From: Eledone cirrhosa
Taxonomy: Eukaryota
Assembly: GCA_964016885.1 (NCBI GenBank)
Contig: OZ024741.1
Span: 159,154,001 to 159,218,000 of the forward strand
Direction: 5' to 3'
DNA length: 64,000 nt
Notes under the pieces: generated by a model
The model's database searches: none
What the model was told of the DNA's origin: nothing
What the model saw: only the letters and a program-made list of their open reading frames with translations
Program-made: the position numbers and the translations under genes
Shown: positions 13,901 to 28,483 of the stretch, one piece after another
Layout: each line of letters opens with the position of its first letter
Numbering within the stretch: the stretch's first letter is position 1

Positions 13901-16590
13901 AACTAAACCACAGCCATACCTCCGTCATGGAGCTATACAACAACAACAACAACAACAACTAAACCACAGCCATACCTCCGTCATGGAGCTATACAACAAC
14001 AACAACAACAACTAAACCACAGCCATACCTCCGTCATGGAGCTATACAACAACAACAACAACAACTAAACCACAGCCATACCTCCGTCATGGAGCTATAC
14101 AACAACAACAACAACAACAACTAAACCACAGCCATACCTCCGTCATGGAGCTATACAACAACAACAACAACAACAATAAACCACAGCCATACCTCCGTCA
14201 TGGAGCTATACAACAACAACAACAACAACTAAACCACAGCCATACCTCCGTCATGGAGCTATACAACAACAACAACAACAACAACTAAACCACAGCCATA
14301 CCTCCGTCATGGAGCTATACAACAACAACAACAACAACAACTAAACCACAGCCATACCTCCGTCATGGAGCTATACAACAACAACAACAACAACAACTAA
14401 ACCACAGCCATACCTCCGTCATGGAGCTATACAACAACAACAAAAACAGCAACTAAACCACAGCCATAGCTCCGTCATGGAGCTATACAACAACAACAAC
14501 AACAACAACTAAACCACAGCCATACCTCCGTCATGGAGCTATACAACAACAACAAAAACAGCAACTAAACCACAGCCATACCTCCGTCATGGAGCTATAC
14601 AACAACAACAACAACAACAACTAAACCACAGCCATACCTCCGTCATGGAGCTATACAACAACAACAACAACAACAACTAAACCACAGCCATACCTCCGTC
14701 ATGGAGCTATACAACAACAACAAAAACAGCAACTAAACCACAGCCATACCTCCGTCATGGAGCTATACAACAACAACAACAACAACTAAACCACAGCCAT
14801 ACCTCCGTCATGGAGCTATACAACAACAACTAAACCACAGCCATACCTCCGTCATGGAGCTATACAACAACAACAAAAACAGCAACTAAACCACAGCCAT
14901 ACCTCCGTCATGGAGCTATACAACAACAACAAAAACAGCAACTAAACCACAGCCATACCTCCGTCATGGAGCTATACAACAACAACAACAACAACAACTA
15001 AACTACAGCCATACCTCCGTCATGGAGCTATACAACAACAACAACAACAACAACTAAACCACAGCCATACCTCCGTCATGGAGCTATACAACAACAACAA
15101 AAACAGCAACTAAACCACAGCCATACCTCCGTCATGGAGCTATACAACAACAACAAAAACAGCAACTAAACCACAGCCATACCTCCGTCATGGAGCTATA
15201 CAACAACAACAACAACTAAACCACAGCCATACCTCCGTCATGGAGCTATACAACAACAACAACAACAACAACAACTAAACCACAGCCATACCTCCGTCAT
15301 GGAGCTATACAACAACAAAAACAACAACTAAACCACAGCCATACCTCCGTCATGGAGCTATACAACAACAACAACAACAACAACTAAACCACAGCCATAC
15401 CTCCGTCATGGAGCTATACAACAACAACAACAACAACTAAACCACAGCCATACCTCCGTCATGGAGCTATACAACAACAACAACAACAACTAAACCACAG
15501 CCATACCTCCGTCATGGAGCTATACAACAACAACAACAACAACAACTAAACCACAGCCATACCTCCGTCATGGAGCTATACAACAACAACAACAACAACA
15601 ATAAACCACAGCCATACCTCCGTCATGGAGCTATACAACAACAACAACAACAACTAAACCACAGCCATACCTCCGTCATGGAGCTATACAACAACAACAA
15701 CAACAACAACTAAACCACAGCCATACCTCCGTCATGGAGCTATACAACAACAACAACAACAACAACTAAACCACAGCCATACCTCCGTCATGGAGCTATA
15801 CAACAACAACAACAACAACAACTAAACCACAGCCATACCTCCGTCATGGAGCTATACAACAACAACAAAAACAGCAACTAAACCACAGCCATACCTCCGT
15901 CATGGAGCTATACAACAACAACAACAACAACAACTAAACCACAGCCATACCTCCGTCATGGAGCTATACAACAACAACAAAAACAGCAACTAAACCACAG
16001 CCATACCTCCGTCATGGAGCTATACAACAACAACAACAACAACAACTAAACCACAGCCATACCTCCGTCATGGAGCTATACAACAACAACAACAACAACA
16101 ACTAAACCACAGCCATACCTCCGTCATGGAGCTATACAACAACAACAAAAACAGCAACTAAACCACAGCCATACCTCCGTCATGGAGCTATACAACAACA
16201 ACAACAACAACTAAACCACAGCCATACCTCCGTCATGGAGCTATACAACAACAACTAAACCACAGCCATACCTCCGTCATGGAGCTATACAACAACAACA
16301 AAAACAGCAACTAAACCACAGCCATACCTCCGTCATGGAGCTATACAACAACAACAAAAACAGCAACTAAACCACAGCCATACCTCCGTCATGGAGCTAT
16401 ACAACAACAACAAAAACAGCAACTAAACCACAGCCATACCTCCGTCATGGAGCTATACAACAACAACAACAACAACTAAACCACAGCCATACCTCCGTCA
16501 TGGAGCTATACAACAACAACAAAAACAGCAACTAAACCACAGCCATACCTCCGTCATGGAGCTATACAACAACAACAACAACTATAAACC
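10915..16590. repeat. Satellite of about 110 units: constant 35 bp taaaccacagccatacctccgtcatggagctatac plus (AAC)3-8
   Basis: Directly visible; edge units more diverged than the interior. Confidence 0.97.
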
Positions 16591-16649
16591 ATGTAGTTCT
16601 GACTAAGGAAACTCGAACATGAAAGTAATCAATGTTTATGGTGTATCTT

Positions 16650-16951
16650 CCATGATGATGATGGTGATTGTACTGGTGTTGCTGCTGATGATGGTGATTG
16701 TACTGGTTTTGCTGCTGATGATGCTAATGAAGATTATAATAACACTGATGCTGTTGGCGATGATGATGATGAAGACTATGATGATGATGGTTATGGTGGT
16801 ATTGATGCTGTTGAGGATGATTGTTATGATGATGGTGGTGGGGATGCTGCTGCTGTTGAAAATTATGTTGATGCTGTACATATGATGCTGGTGATGATGA
16901 TGATGATGGTGATGATGGTGGTGATGGTGATGATGGTGGTGATGGTGATGT

Positions 16952-16983
<32 letters not shown>

Positions 16984-17432
16984 GTGGTGATGATGGTGGT
17001 GATGGTGGTGATGATGATGATGGTGGTGGTGGTGATGGTGATGGTGATGGTGATGATGATGATGGTTGTGGTGATGATGGTGGTGGTGGTGATGATGATG
17101 GTGATGATGATTATGGTGATGATGATTATGGTGGTGATGATGATTATGGTGGTGATGATGATTATGGTGGTGATGATGATTATGGTGGTGATGATGATTA
17201 TGGTGGTGATGGTGATTATGGTGGTGATGATGATTATGGTGGTGATGATGATTATGGTGGTGATGATGATTATGGTGGTGATGGTGATTATGGTGGTGAT
17301 GGTGATGGTGATTATGGTGGTGATGATGATTATGGTGGTGATGGTGATTATGGTGGTGATGGTGATGGTGATGGTGATTATGGTGGTGATGGTGATTATG
17401 GTGGTGATGACAATAATGATGATGGTGATGAT
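16650..17432. repeat. (ATG/GTG)n microsatellite grading into an 18-bp unit
   Basis: gtggtgatgatgattatg tandem units. Confidence 0.9.
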
Positions 17433-18037
17433 GTATTCACCAGTACTAAATATACGAATTGCTTTATTTTTGTTTGTTTGTGTTTCCTTCTATTTCCTAA
17501 CAAGAAAATAGAAAAGGTGCTGCAATTTAACAAATAAACAATTTAAAAAATAAAGTGTGGGGGTGCATGTTATTTGGGAGGAAAATACCCTAAAAAAAAA
17601 TATTTGCCAGAAATATAAATGGAATTTTTTTTTTCTCAATGGAACTCTCATGATTAAAAAAAAAAACCTTGCTCAACATCTGCATTATAATAACGGTAGC
17701 CATAATATATGAGAGAATGGTTTCTCTGTTAGTAGGCAGCAGGTGATTTTTCACACACAAACAACTCTTGGATATAGAAAACAAACAGTAAAATGGTAAA
17801 AAAAAAAAATCTAGGAAGAGATCCAAGCTGGCAACAAGCTGGAAGATTAATTGAAACTGTGAAAATGTCCATCCATATTACAAAGACACACAACATTTGT
17901 TATGAATCTCAGAAGTCTACAAGAATTCTCTCCCAGCCCCCTTTCACTGCTGCCACTAAAAATCATCATGGGAGATTGCATATACCAAACAACCTAGTCA
18001 GTCACACAATTTGTTAATGGTTACAAGCTTTATTCCC

Positions 18038-18055
18038 CTCTCTCTCTCTCTCTCT

Positions 18056-18092
<37 letters not shown>

Positions 18093-18114
18093 AGGAAGAG
18101 GGGGAGAGAGAGAG

Positions 18115-18203
<89 letters not shown>
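18038..18203. repeat. Compound (CT)n-(GA)n-(GT)n microsatellite
   Basis: Directly visible. Confidence 0.9.
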
Positions 18204-18206
<3 letters not shown>

Positions 18207-18574
18207 GAATTATTAATGGTGTTATGGGCAGGAAAATATATGCTCTACAATACTCTATATATATATCACCAACAACAACATAAACCCCATCAACAACAAC
18301 AACAACAACACAACCAACAACACCACCAACAAACAAACAAGAGGGATTCTGTGTTGTCACTTATTGACAGAATTAGCAGCCAAATCTCTCTCAAATCATA
18401 TTTTACTATCTTAAAAACAAACATGTTAAACATGAAGAGAGTCACTACATGGTCACTCTGTATGCTAAAAATAGCAATCAAATTCCCCTTAAATCATACC
18501 CTAGTGTCTTAAAAACAGGACACATTAGATACTATGTTCTGAGATATACTATTTTGCTTCTGTATGTTTAGCTA

Positions 18575-20282
18575 GAGGAATTCTTCAATGACAGGCCACC
18601 AACACTGGGTGAAGTATTGAAAGTGGTTAATAAAGCCAGGGCAAAATCCTCACCAGGGCCGAACGGTGTTATAAAAGAAATGACCCAGAGTCATTGAGTG
18701 GCTCCACAAAATGATAAGGTCAGCATGGAAGAACATGAGAGCTCAGGGTGTATACATCCCAAAAAAGCAGAATTCAGGTAACATCAGCCAATTCAGACCA
18801 ATATCCCTTCTGGCCATTGAAGGTAAGATTTTCTTCTCTGTTATGGCCACAAGGCTAACTAGATACCCCACAGAGAATAACTACCTGAATATGTCAGTCC
18901 AGAAGAGAGGCAATCCAAAGAGCTAAAGCTGAAAAGAGAGATCTTGATGTGGTGTGACATGATCTGGCAAATGCCTATGGTTCGCTCCCACATGAGATGA
19001 TACATCTAGCTCTTGATATGTACCATATTCCAAAGAACATTCGAGAAATGTTGAAGACATATTTGCACAGTCTCTTCATGCAGTTCTCCACCAAAGAGTA
19101 CACAACAGTCTGGATTAATTAGGAGGTTGGCATAGCAATGGGCTGTGCAATCTCCCCTATACTGTTTGTGTTAACAATGGAGGTCATTCTGAAGGGATTT
19201 CGAATGCCTCCTCTAAAAGCCTTCATGGATGACACTACAATCCTTGCCACTACAGTCCTTGTCACTATGAAACACAGAGGCTACTGGGACAGATGGATAA
19301 GGTGGTTGCATCTTTCAGAATAAGGTTCAAACCAAAGAAATCTCAGAGCCTTTCTCTGTGGAAGGGGATAGTAGAGGGATCAGTGGTATTGACAAGCCAA
19401 CCAAAAGATCCCAACAGTGGCTGCGGAACCAGTCAAAAGTCTTGGAAGATGGTATGATGATACTCTGAAAGATACAAAAAGGGGAGGTCATAAATCAATG
19501 TGGCCTCTCTAGCAAATATAAGGTGTGGTGCTTGCAAGTCATGTTGATCCCAAGGCTTCTCAGGCCTCTACTGGTATACAATATCAGTGTTAGTATGGTG
19601 ACGGCCATGGAGGCCAAAATCAACAAATACACAAAGAAGTGTCTTGGTGTTCCACCAGGTCTCACTGATGATGTGCTCTACTGCCATCAGGCCAAGCTGA
19701 TGCTACCCCTCAAATTCATCATTGAAGAGTACAAAGTCAGAAAAGCAAGGCTCTTGACCATGCTTGAGAACTTGGAAGACAAGGTTGTGAGGTCGATCCA
19801 GCCCAAGCCTAAGACAGGCAGAAAATGGAAGACCCAGAAATCGGTAAATGCAGCAAAAGAAAGTCTTAAGATCAGAGATATAATGAGACATACTCAGGCT
19901 AATTAATAGACAGGGACTGGACATAACAAAAATGGAATGGTGGTCAGAGAAGTCAGGGGAAAGATGAGGAGAGATATGATTTTGCAAGACATGAAGAAAG
20001 AAGGGGATTCCAGAAGACTCTGGAAGGCAGTTCAGCAGAGCCAACAGGGCCAGTGGATGACATAGGAAGGTGCACTCTCAGTTGGAATGACTTGTGGCAT
20101 ATGGTGCCTCTTAGAATGAGTTTTATTCTCCGATCTGTCTATCATCTCCTGCTCTCAAATATGAATTTAGTTAGGTGGGGCAAATCAGATAACCCCGAGT
20201 GCCCACTCTGCCAAGGTAGACAGACAGTGGAACACATTCTGCGCTCATGCAGAGTAACACTGGCCCAGGGAAGATACACATA
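18575..20282 (+). pseudogene. Decayed Hero/R2-group non-LTR retrotransposon: RT plus CCHC knuckle, truncated before the endonuclease
   Basis: ARAKSSPGPNG, QFRPISLLAIEGKIFFS, DLANAYGSLPH, MGCAISPILF, AFMDD, VKSLGRWY, CPLC...TVEHILRSC motifs; frameshifted. Confidence 0.85.
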
Positions 20283-20622
20283 TTTCAGTTTTATAATGAG
20301 TTAGGTAACTAATCCATTCTTTAGTTAGCTTAGTATCCAGATGGTGATTTAATTGTCATATATATTTGTCAAATCTCTTTCATCACACATTCTATGACCC
20401 TCTTTCTGACTATCCGTGCTCCTCTCTGTGTCTCCTTTTTTATCTTGTTCTATTTACTCTGCCTTGTCTTTGTGCTGTCTATCAGGTATGTGCATATATG
20501 TGTTTGCATGTGTGTGAGTAACTTTTGTGTGCTGGTACTTACACAAGCTTCTGTGTTTAGCATGTGCATGCAAGTCTATTTGTGCATCTATGTGTGTCTT
20601 TATGTCTTGTTTCTCTATCAAG

Positions 20623-20676
<54 letters not shown>

Positions 20677-21127
20677 GTGTAGGTAGGTAGGTAGGTAAAT
20701 TTTCCACTAGCTTTCATAACTTTGCCTTTCATCCTTACAGGGTCGATAAAATAAAGTACCAGTAATGTTCTGGGTAATTGCTGGCCTTGTGCCTAAAGTA
20801 GAAACAATTATATACCTGTGTCCATGTTTCTATGTATGCATTCATTCACATCTCTACACTTGTCTATGTCTGTCAGAAAAAAGAGAATTGTTATGGCTGG
20901 AATAGCAACAACAACGCAGTCATCAATAAGGAAGCTTTCATACAGCCACCTAGCTTGCAAGAAATAGCAATGAAATCTTCCTTAAATCACACAATACCAT
21001 TTTCAATAACAAAATGATACATTGAATAATAGAGTTCTACAAGTCTGGAAATAAAATGGAATGGTCATGGTTAAAACACCTCTGATAATGGATCAGAGCT
21101 GACCTAGGGCTAAACACCAATAATGAC

Positions 21128-21430
21128 TCTTCTTCTTCTCCCACTTAATCCTGAGAGGGTCGTGAGGGCAGAGTCCTCAAACACTCACTCCAGTGGGTCA
21201 TCAGAACCAACTGTTCCCAACTGATTCAGCTGGATCCCCAAGCGTGACCAGCCAAGCTCATGGATGTTGTCCAATCATCTTGCTCAGGATCTACCCCTGG
21301 GTCACTAGCTGATTAGTTTTGCCAGTAAAATCTGTCCAATGATTCTTTCTTGAGACATTCTAACCACATGCCCATAGTATCAGAGCTGTGATCTCTCAAT
21401 TCAGAAACCACAAATAGCAATTCCCCCACT
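21128..21430 (-). mobile_element. 3' fragment of another RTE-type LINE with (GAA)n tail
   Basis: Minus translation resembles YYGHVVRM...PRGR...W.DNI; flanked by repeated agggctaaacac (about 21106 and 21439), a possible target site duplication. Confidence 0.55.
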
Positions 21431-21800
21431 GACAACCCAGGGCTAAACACAAACATCAACAACAACATCAATACATGATGAATACTGTGACAATAGTTAG
21501 TATGTCAGATATTCAAGAGTCAATTCTAATCAATCTTGTTGTTATTCTTGGGCCTACAAATGGTTTATAATTATAAACTGCGCCAGGATAAACTCAGCAA
21601 GTATACTCTATAAAGTGCAAGAACATACGTAAACAAGAAGCAGCCCCACGCCCATCAGTGAGTAGCTTTGATTAAGTATGGCTTTGGTCTGTGTCAATCC
21701 ATCCAACCCATGCTACTATAGAAAAACAGACGTTAAATGAAGAAAATGATGATAATAGCTATTTATTTAATATGAGAATGGTGGTATAGTTCAACATCAG

Positions 21801-21846
<46 letters not shown>

Positions 21847-22247
21847 CATAGTTCTTCACACATCGATGGATGCAAAACTGTGGGTGGAGAGCAGTGAAAA
21901 TGGGGAGGGAGAGAAAGAAAGAAAAAGATGAAGAAGTGTGAAATAAATCTTCAATGCCCGTTATTTATTGAAATTATCAGAGAATTTCTCGATAGCAATG
22001 CCATTGTTGCATGTATATCGACTACTGTTATGATTTTGGTCTGCTGGCATCACCAGCATTCCATACCAACAACTGCAGATAGAAAATTTACAAAGAACAT
22101 TGATTTTGCTATTGATCCAACTTGAAGGTTTCTGGTGTCGCATTTGAACCCTATACTGTTTTGTATGCTTGTGTGCATAGACACACACACACTTATATAT
22201 ATGAGAGTGTATATAATTTATATCTATCAGATATATACATACATACA

Positions 22248-22283
<36 letters not shown>

Positions 22284-23471
22284 TATATATAATTAAAAAT
22301 ACATGTATAGTATTTGTATGTATAATACATACATGCATATATTATATATAAATAGGGTAAGCTTATTATGAGAATAATAAGGAGAGAAGTGAATGGAGGC
22401 TCTATGATTAAGGGAGCAACAACTCCCATATCAAATGGTATAACCTATACAGCCTTAGAGGCAGCTACTAACAGCTTTGCTCTTAGAGGTTGCACATATT
22501 GCAGAACCCTACAATATCCTTCGACAAGAAAACTGACCTAGCATTTAGTTGTCACTGAAGACAGACGCTACTAGTCAATTTCAAGCCTCTGGCCCTGGGC
22601 ATCCAGCAAGAACCATCTTAACTCTGTTTAGTCTTGTAAATGTGTAGGGTAGACAGCCCTAAACACCAAAAGAACTCCTGCATCAATTCCCAGCATATAC
22701 ACCAGAAATGCTTCACCTCAAGCCAACATAACATCAACAGCAGAGATATTAGAATTTCAGACACCAGATGAGTGTGTCTGCTTAACCTCAAGCTAACATC
22801 ACACCAACAGAGGGGTGATACTAGAATGACAGACATATTAAATAGATTTGACAAGACACAAAAATCTCAGAACTATCTGAATTCTGTAATTGCTCTGAAA
22901 ACATTTGCTCTGAAAAATGTTTCTGACCAAACCTGCCACATCTTTCTGTGAGAGATAATTTTCTTCATTAAAGTGAGTAAATAATTATATGAGGTGTTCT
23001 CAAAATGAAAGGAGATTGAGTAATTTGGTCTTCATTTCAAGGAATAAAGATCTTTTGAAGAAAATGAAGGTAGACTATGGTGATGATACATTTTATAGCA
23101 AAGTGATTAATGAATTTGGCAAAAAGAAAAGAAGAATTGAACTGATTTACAAATAAATTTTAAATATCTTATTATCTGTAGGTTTTATCATGGACTATAT
23201 ACCCTGCTTTCCAAGTCACCCTTCACCACTGATATACACATTTATATATATATATACACATACATATATATATATATACACACATATATATACACACACA
23301 CATATATATACACACACACATATATATACACACACACATATATATACACACACACACACATATATATACACACACACACACACATATATATACACACACA
23401 CACACACATATATATACACACACACACACATATATACACACACACACACACACATATATACACACACACAC

Positions 23472-23502
<31 letters not shown>

Positions 23503-23562
23503 TACACACACACACATATATATATATACATACACATTTATATATATACATACATAAATATA

Positions 23563-23750
23563 CATCATCATCATTTTACGCCCGCTTTTCCCTGCTTGCA
23601 AAGGTTGGACGGGTCCTATTCAGCACACCATCTCTCCACTTGTCACGGTCCTTTGTCATCTCTTCGGCGAGTTTCAGCGATCTGAGGTCTGCTTTCACCC
23701 CCTCCAACCATGTTTTACGTGGTCTACCTCTACTGCATCTTCTTTCTACA
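23563..23750 (-). mobile_element. RTE LINE 3' end (5'-truncated)
   Basis: RGRPRKTWLEGVKADL...DRDKWR followed by stem-loop and (GAT)n tail. Confidence 0.85.
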
Positions 23751-23812
23751 TACATACATATACACACCTATATATATGTATACATACATATATACACATA
23801 CATATACATATA

Positions 23813-24663
23813 CACACTGTAAATGTGGTTGGTGTTAGGTGTTAGGAAGGGCATCCAGCAGCTGTATAAACCCAACCAAAACATGGTCCTGTATGAGCAA
23901 TGTCCAGCACGACCAACTAGCAAGACCCTCCACATAACAAGAACACACAGCTACACACTGTAAACATAGTTGCTGCTAGGAAGAACATCTAGCAACTGTA
24001 AAAACCTAGCCAAGACATGGTTCCATATGAGCAAGGAACAGTGTAGGCCAACTGGCCAGACTTCCGTCATATGTGTGACCACCCAGTCTCACACTGTAAA
24101 TGTGGTTGGTGTTAGGAAGGACATCGAGCAGTCATAAAAACACAGTCCCATATCTGCACTATCAAGTGCAGCCAACTGGCAAGATCCTCCCCATAACAGG
24201 AACATGCAGTTCCACAATGTAAATGCAGTTGCTGTTAGGAAAGACATCTAGTAGCCATAAAAACACAGCCCAGCCATGGTCCCATATGAGCGAGGTATGG
24301 CAAGGCCAATTGGCCAGACTTGCCTCATAAAGACAACCACCCAGTCCCACATTGTAAATGTGGTTGTTGTTAGGAAAGGCATCCAGCAACCGTAAAACTC
24401 CTCAGCCAAAACACAGGCTCCACTACGAGCAATGTTCAACATGGCCAACTGGCCTGACCTCTCTCATAACGGGACCACCCAATTCCACAGTCAACGTGGT
24501 TAGTGTTAGGAATGACATTCAGCTGCAAAAAAAACAACTAAAATACAGTCTCTTTTGAGCAAGGTAAGGCGTGGCCAAATGACCAGACTTCCCTCATAGC
24601 GTGGATGACACATCTGACCCATGCAAGCATGGAAAATAAGACCTTAAACGGTGATGATGATGA
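23813..24663 (+). repeat. Six diverged ~120-140-bp tandem copies of the cactgtaaatgtggttggtgttaggaagggcatcc module, ending in an RTE-type tail
   Basis: Module starts near 23814, 23955, 24092, 24214, 24347, 24486; ccatgcaagcatgg and (GAT)n at the end. Confidence 0.8.
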
Positions 24664-25838
24664 TATATATGTATGCACACCATTACTTACAACATTAAGT
24701 AAAACATCTAAAATTACTATATACTGTGTCTAATAACACACCAACATTTATCTTGCCAATTCTTCATCATAATACCATTACAGAAACATATGTAACTTAA
24801 TGGTGATTACTGTAATTATAGTTTCTTTTTCTTTTTGTTGTTGTTTTTGTTGATATTTCCTAAAGAAAGAATCTTGCATAGAATATATTTATATCCAATA
24901 TTTAAGTTGAAATTGTCTTCTTAAAATAAATATATCAAATATAACCCAAATATACCAGCAGTAGGGGCTGAAACTGTATATATATATATATATATATATA
25001 AAGCGCCCAGCCCACACTGTAAAGTGGTCATGTAGGCGTCACAACAAAAAGCACCCAGTATTCACTGTAAATGAGGTTGCCGTTAGGAAAGATATCCAGC
25101 TGTAAAAACCAAGCCTAAATCAGTTCTGTATGAGCAAGACATGGTCACCTGACCTAGCATTGCTCACAATAGGACAACTCGTCTAACCCATGCTAGTGTG
25201 GAAAAATGGACGTAAAATAGTGATGATGATGATTTATATATATATATATATATTTATATATATGTATATATATATATATTAAGAAGTTAGAAAATTACAT
25301 TAATATTTTCAATAATTATTAATGCATGATTTTTTTAAATTTATATTCATCCTATTTATTTAAATAAACTAATTATCTTTTACTTTGAGAGTGTCATGCT
25401 GCCAATAAAAACATGTGCCCTGGTTGAGTTTCACTTCATTTTTTAAAATATTAATCAGATAACTAATCCATTCATTGGTTGCTTAAACAACAAAACATGT
25501 ATTTAACTAATTGTCAAAGTTCTTTCTTCACACAACTGGTTTGTGTATATAATACTCCAGAGGTATTTTATCCAGCTTTCTTTATTATTTACAGTGACTG
25601 ACTGTTATTATAGTTCATTTTTTGTATTGTGACACTCACATTTTCAAATATAATATATTTAACTACAATTCATTCTAGTTCAAATCTAGTACCATGTTCA
25701 CATTCAGAAATAAGACATCCTATAACAGTCAGACATCAGTGAAGGAAATCATGGCAGAGTAAGAATAAGGTGGACAAAATTTAGGGATTTATTAACTCTG
25801 CTGGCAACAAAGGGATGTCAAATAAATATATACATATA

Positions 25839-26217
25839 GGCACATGGCTTAGTGGTTAGAGCATTGGCCTTGCAATAGAAAGGTTGTGAGTTCAATTCTC
25901 AGACCGGGTGATTTGTTGTTTCCTTGAGCAAGACACTTTATTTCACATTGCTCCAGTTTACTCAGCTGTAGAAATGAGATGATAGGACTGGGGTCCTTAT
26001 CATTCCACTGCAAAGTGGTTGTGGAGGTGCCAAGGCAAAATAGCACCCAGCACACACTGCAAAGTGGACGTGTGGTGCGACAGAAAAAAAAAGCACCCAG
26101 GACTCACTGTAAATGAGGTTGGTGTTAGGAAGGGCATCCAGCTGTAGAAATCAAGCCAGAATCAGTTCCCGTCCCACCCTTGCAAGCAGGGAAAAGCAGA
26201 CGTAAAATGATGATGAT
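25839..26217 (+). mobile_element. Apparently full-length tRNA-derived CORE-like SINE with RTE-type 3' tail
   Basis: A box TGGCTTAGTGG, B box GAGTTCAATTC, CORE-like ccttgagcaagacactt...ctgtagaaatg, ggaagggcatcc module, stem-loop and (GAT)n; near-identical 3' part at 38336-38538; other heads near 3605, 33034, 35722, 44738, 51360. Confidence 0.8.
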
Positions 26218-26379
26218 TAGGTCTGAACAAATTCCCATTGTCACAGCCTCCATCTCTCTCACTCTGCCCAACTCTCAATAGTATAAGCAAATGGGGGCCC
26301 AAGCACTGGCCACCCTATAGCCCTGGTGGACAGAATAGAGAAGGTGTTTCCCCAGAGGATAAAGGAATTGTATTATTAT

Positions 26380-26655
26380 TTGGATTGGCAGTATCAGTAG
26401 ATCGTCAGACATATGCTTTGCAGCATAGAGTTATAGCCCTTTACATTCTGAGTTCAAATCCCGCCGAGGTTAACTTTGTCTTCCATCCTTATGATGTCGA
26501 TAAAGTACCAGTAATGCACTGGGTAATTGCTGGCCTTGTGCCAAATGTAGAAACAATTATTATTATTGTTTCTACTTTTGGCACAAGGCCAGCAATTATC
26601 CCAGTGCATTAAGTACCAGTAATGCACTGGAATAATTGCAGGCCTTGTGCCAAAC
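26380..26655 (+). mobile_element. tRNA-derived SINE (family B) with alternating-orientation tail duplication
   Basis: TGGCAGTATCAGTAG and GAGTTCAAATCC boxes; tail gtaccagt...gtgccaaa present as +, -, + copies. Confidence 0.75.
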
Positions 26656-27143
26656 ATTTTTTTTTTTTTTCTTTTTTTACAATTTAATCAAAGGTGGAAT
26701 GTTACTGTCAATGAACCTTACAAAGGTCTCCAAGGCTGGGAGTGAGGAAGGTATCCTCAGACTAGAGACTTGGTTCAAACACTTCTAAAAGAATAGACTC
26801 AGCTAAAGGCAGTTAAAGACAACATAGGGAGTTAGATGTTAAACCAATGATAATTACATTGCTTTCTTACATTAGCACAATGATTCCCCAACTATCACCA
26901 ATAACATCAACAACTGTAAAACTACCAGCATTACAACAACCACTAATTCTACTATTACCACTACCCCAGCAATACTACCATCACCAATACCACCACAACA
27001 ACCATCAATACCAACAGCAGTAATAATGTTATCCAACCACACATGCCAAAAACAACATCCCAATGATACCACAAGGAATTATGGGATCAATGTAGTAATC
27101 AATTAGATAATAATTATGAAGAAAAGCGAGTGAGTGAAAGAGA

Positions 27144-27189
<46 letters not shown>

Positions 27190-28483
27190 AGAGGTAGAGA
27201 AAGAGGGAAAGAAAGAAGGGGGAGTGTGAGAGAGAAACAATAGATATATATGAGAAACATTAGTTGGTGCATGAAGCAAGGCATAATAGAATTAATACAG
27301 GGAATAAGTATACTGAAGAGAGAGAAGGAAGAGATGTGTGTATGTGTGCATATAGATGGGAGCACATCTATATGGATACTTTCCATTTTTGGCATGATTT
27401 CCACAGCTGGATGCCCTTCCTACAGCCATAGAATCCTGCCATATTCTCCAGTTACATAATGTGCTATGAACTTATAGCACATTAGGTTTGTGAGTTCAAT
27501 GGAGTTTCATAGACAAACTGTCTTTTTATACATTAGTTCATTGTTACCAGCCTGAGCAAAAACCCCTATCTTTCTATGAAACAAAGCCACCCTTTTAAAT
27601 TAATATCCTCCAAAATAATTTTATATAAGAACCATATGTTAAATTGCTATCTTAGTAATAAGATAATTAATAATTTTAAAAAATCCTCCAAAAATTCTTC
27701 TTTAACTGAAATAAAGTGTATTTCATAAGAAATATGGTCACAAAATTGCTAAACTTAATGTCAATGCTTTACAGTACCCTTACTATTGATGACGCCTCTA
27801 TTAAATTGAGGGTTTTGAACTCAGAACACAAAGATCAGGAACAGATACTGCAAGACTTATCTGGTGCACTAACAATTCCACCAATACACTGCCTCTGGAC
27901 TACTACTTTATTTATGAACAATGAAAGAATGAAAGGTAAAATCATCTTCAGCTGGATATGAACTCAGAGTGCAGAGTGCTGAGCAAATAACACAAGACCT
28001 ATTCAATGCTCTAATGACATGCCCAATTTGTTGTCATATATATATATACATACATATGTATAGCGGGATGTAGGCCCTCAGCCCATCTGAGAGGTCAGTA
28101 GCTCGGCCTGAGTACTGATTCAGTTTGTGACAACCCACATAACTCCAGGGTCATTGGCCATTCAGATGGACTTTGGCAGTTTCAATGGTACTGCTGGTCC
28201 AGCACCTGACACAAGCCAAAACGCTGTCCATGGAGTAAGACATGAGACAAAACAATAATTTATATCAGTTAAGTTATAACATGTATACATAGAATTTATG
28301 TGATGTCAAGAAAAATGTATTGTGATTTTTATAGTACAAGAGTCTCATGAAACAAAAAGGGAAAGGAAGGAAAGAAAAAGGAGGTATTGTGCATTTATAG
28401 CACGAAACTCTCATGAGTGAAACAAAGGAGAAAAAAAGAAGAAAAGGAATGAAAAAAGGCAAGAAGAACGTAAGATATCATGT

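Noticed and set aside
10915-16590. CRISPR array (35-bp hairpin repeat with variable spacers)
   Set aside because: Spacers are only (AAC)n length variants; no cas genes; eukaryotic context
16619-17511. Met/Val-rich ORFs
   Set aside because: Trinucleotide repeat translation
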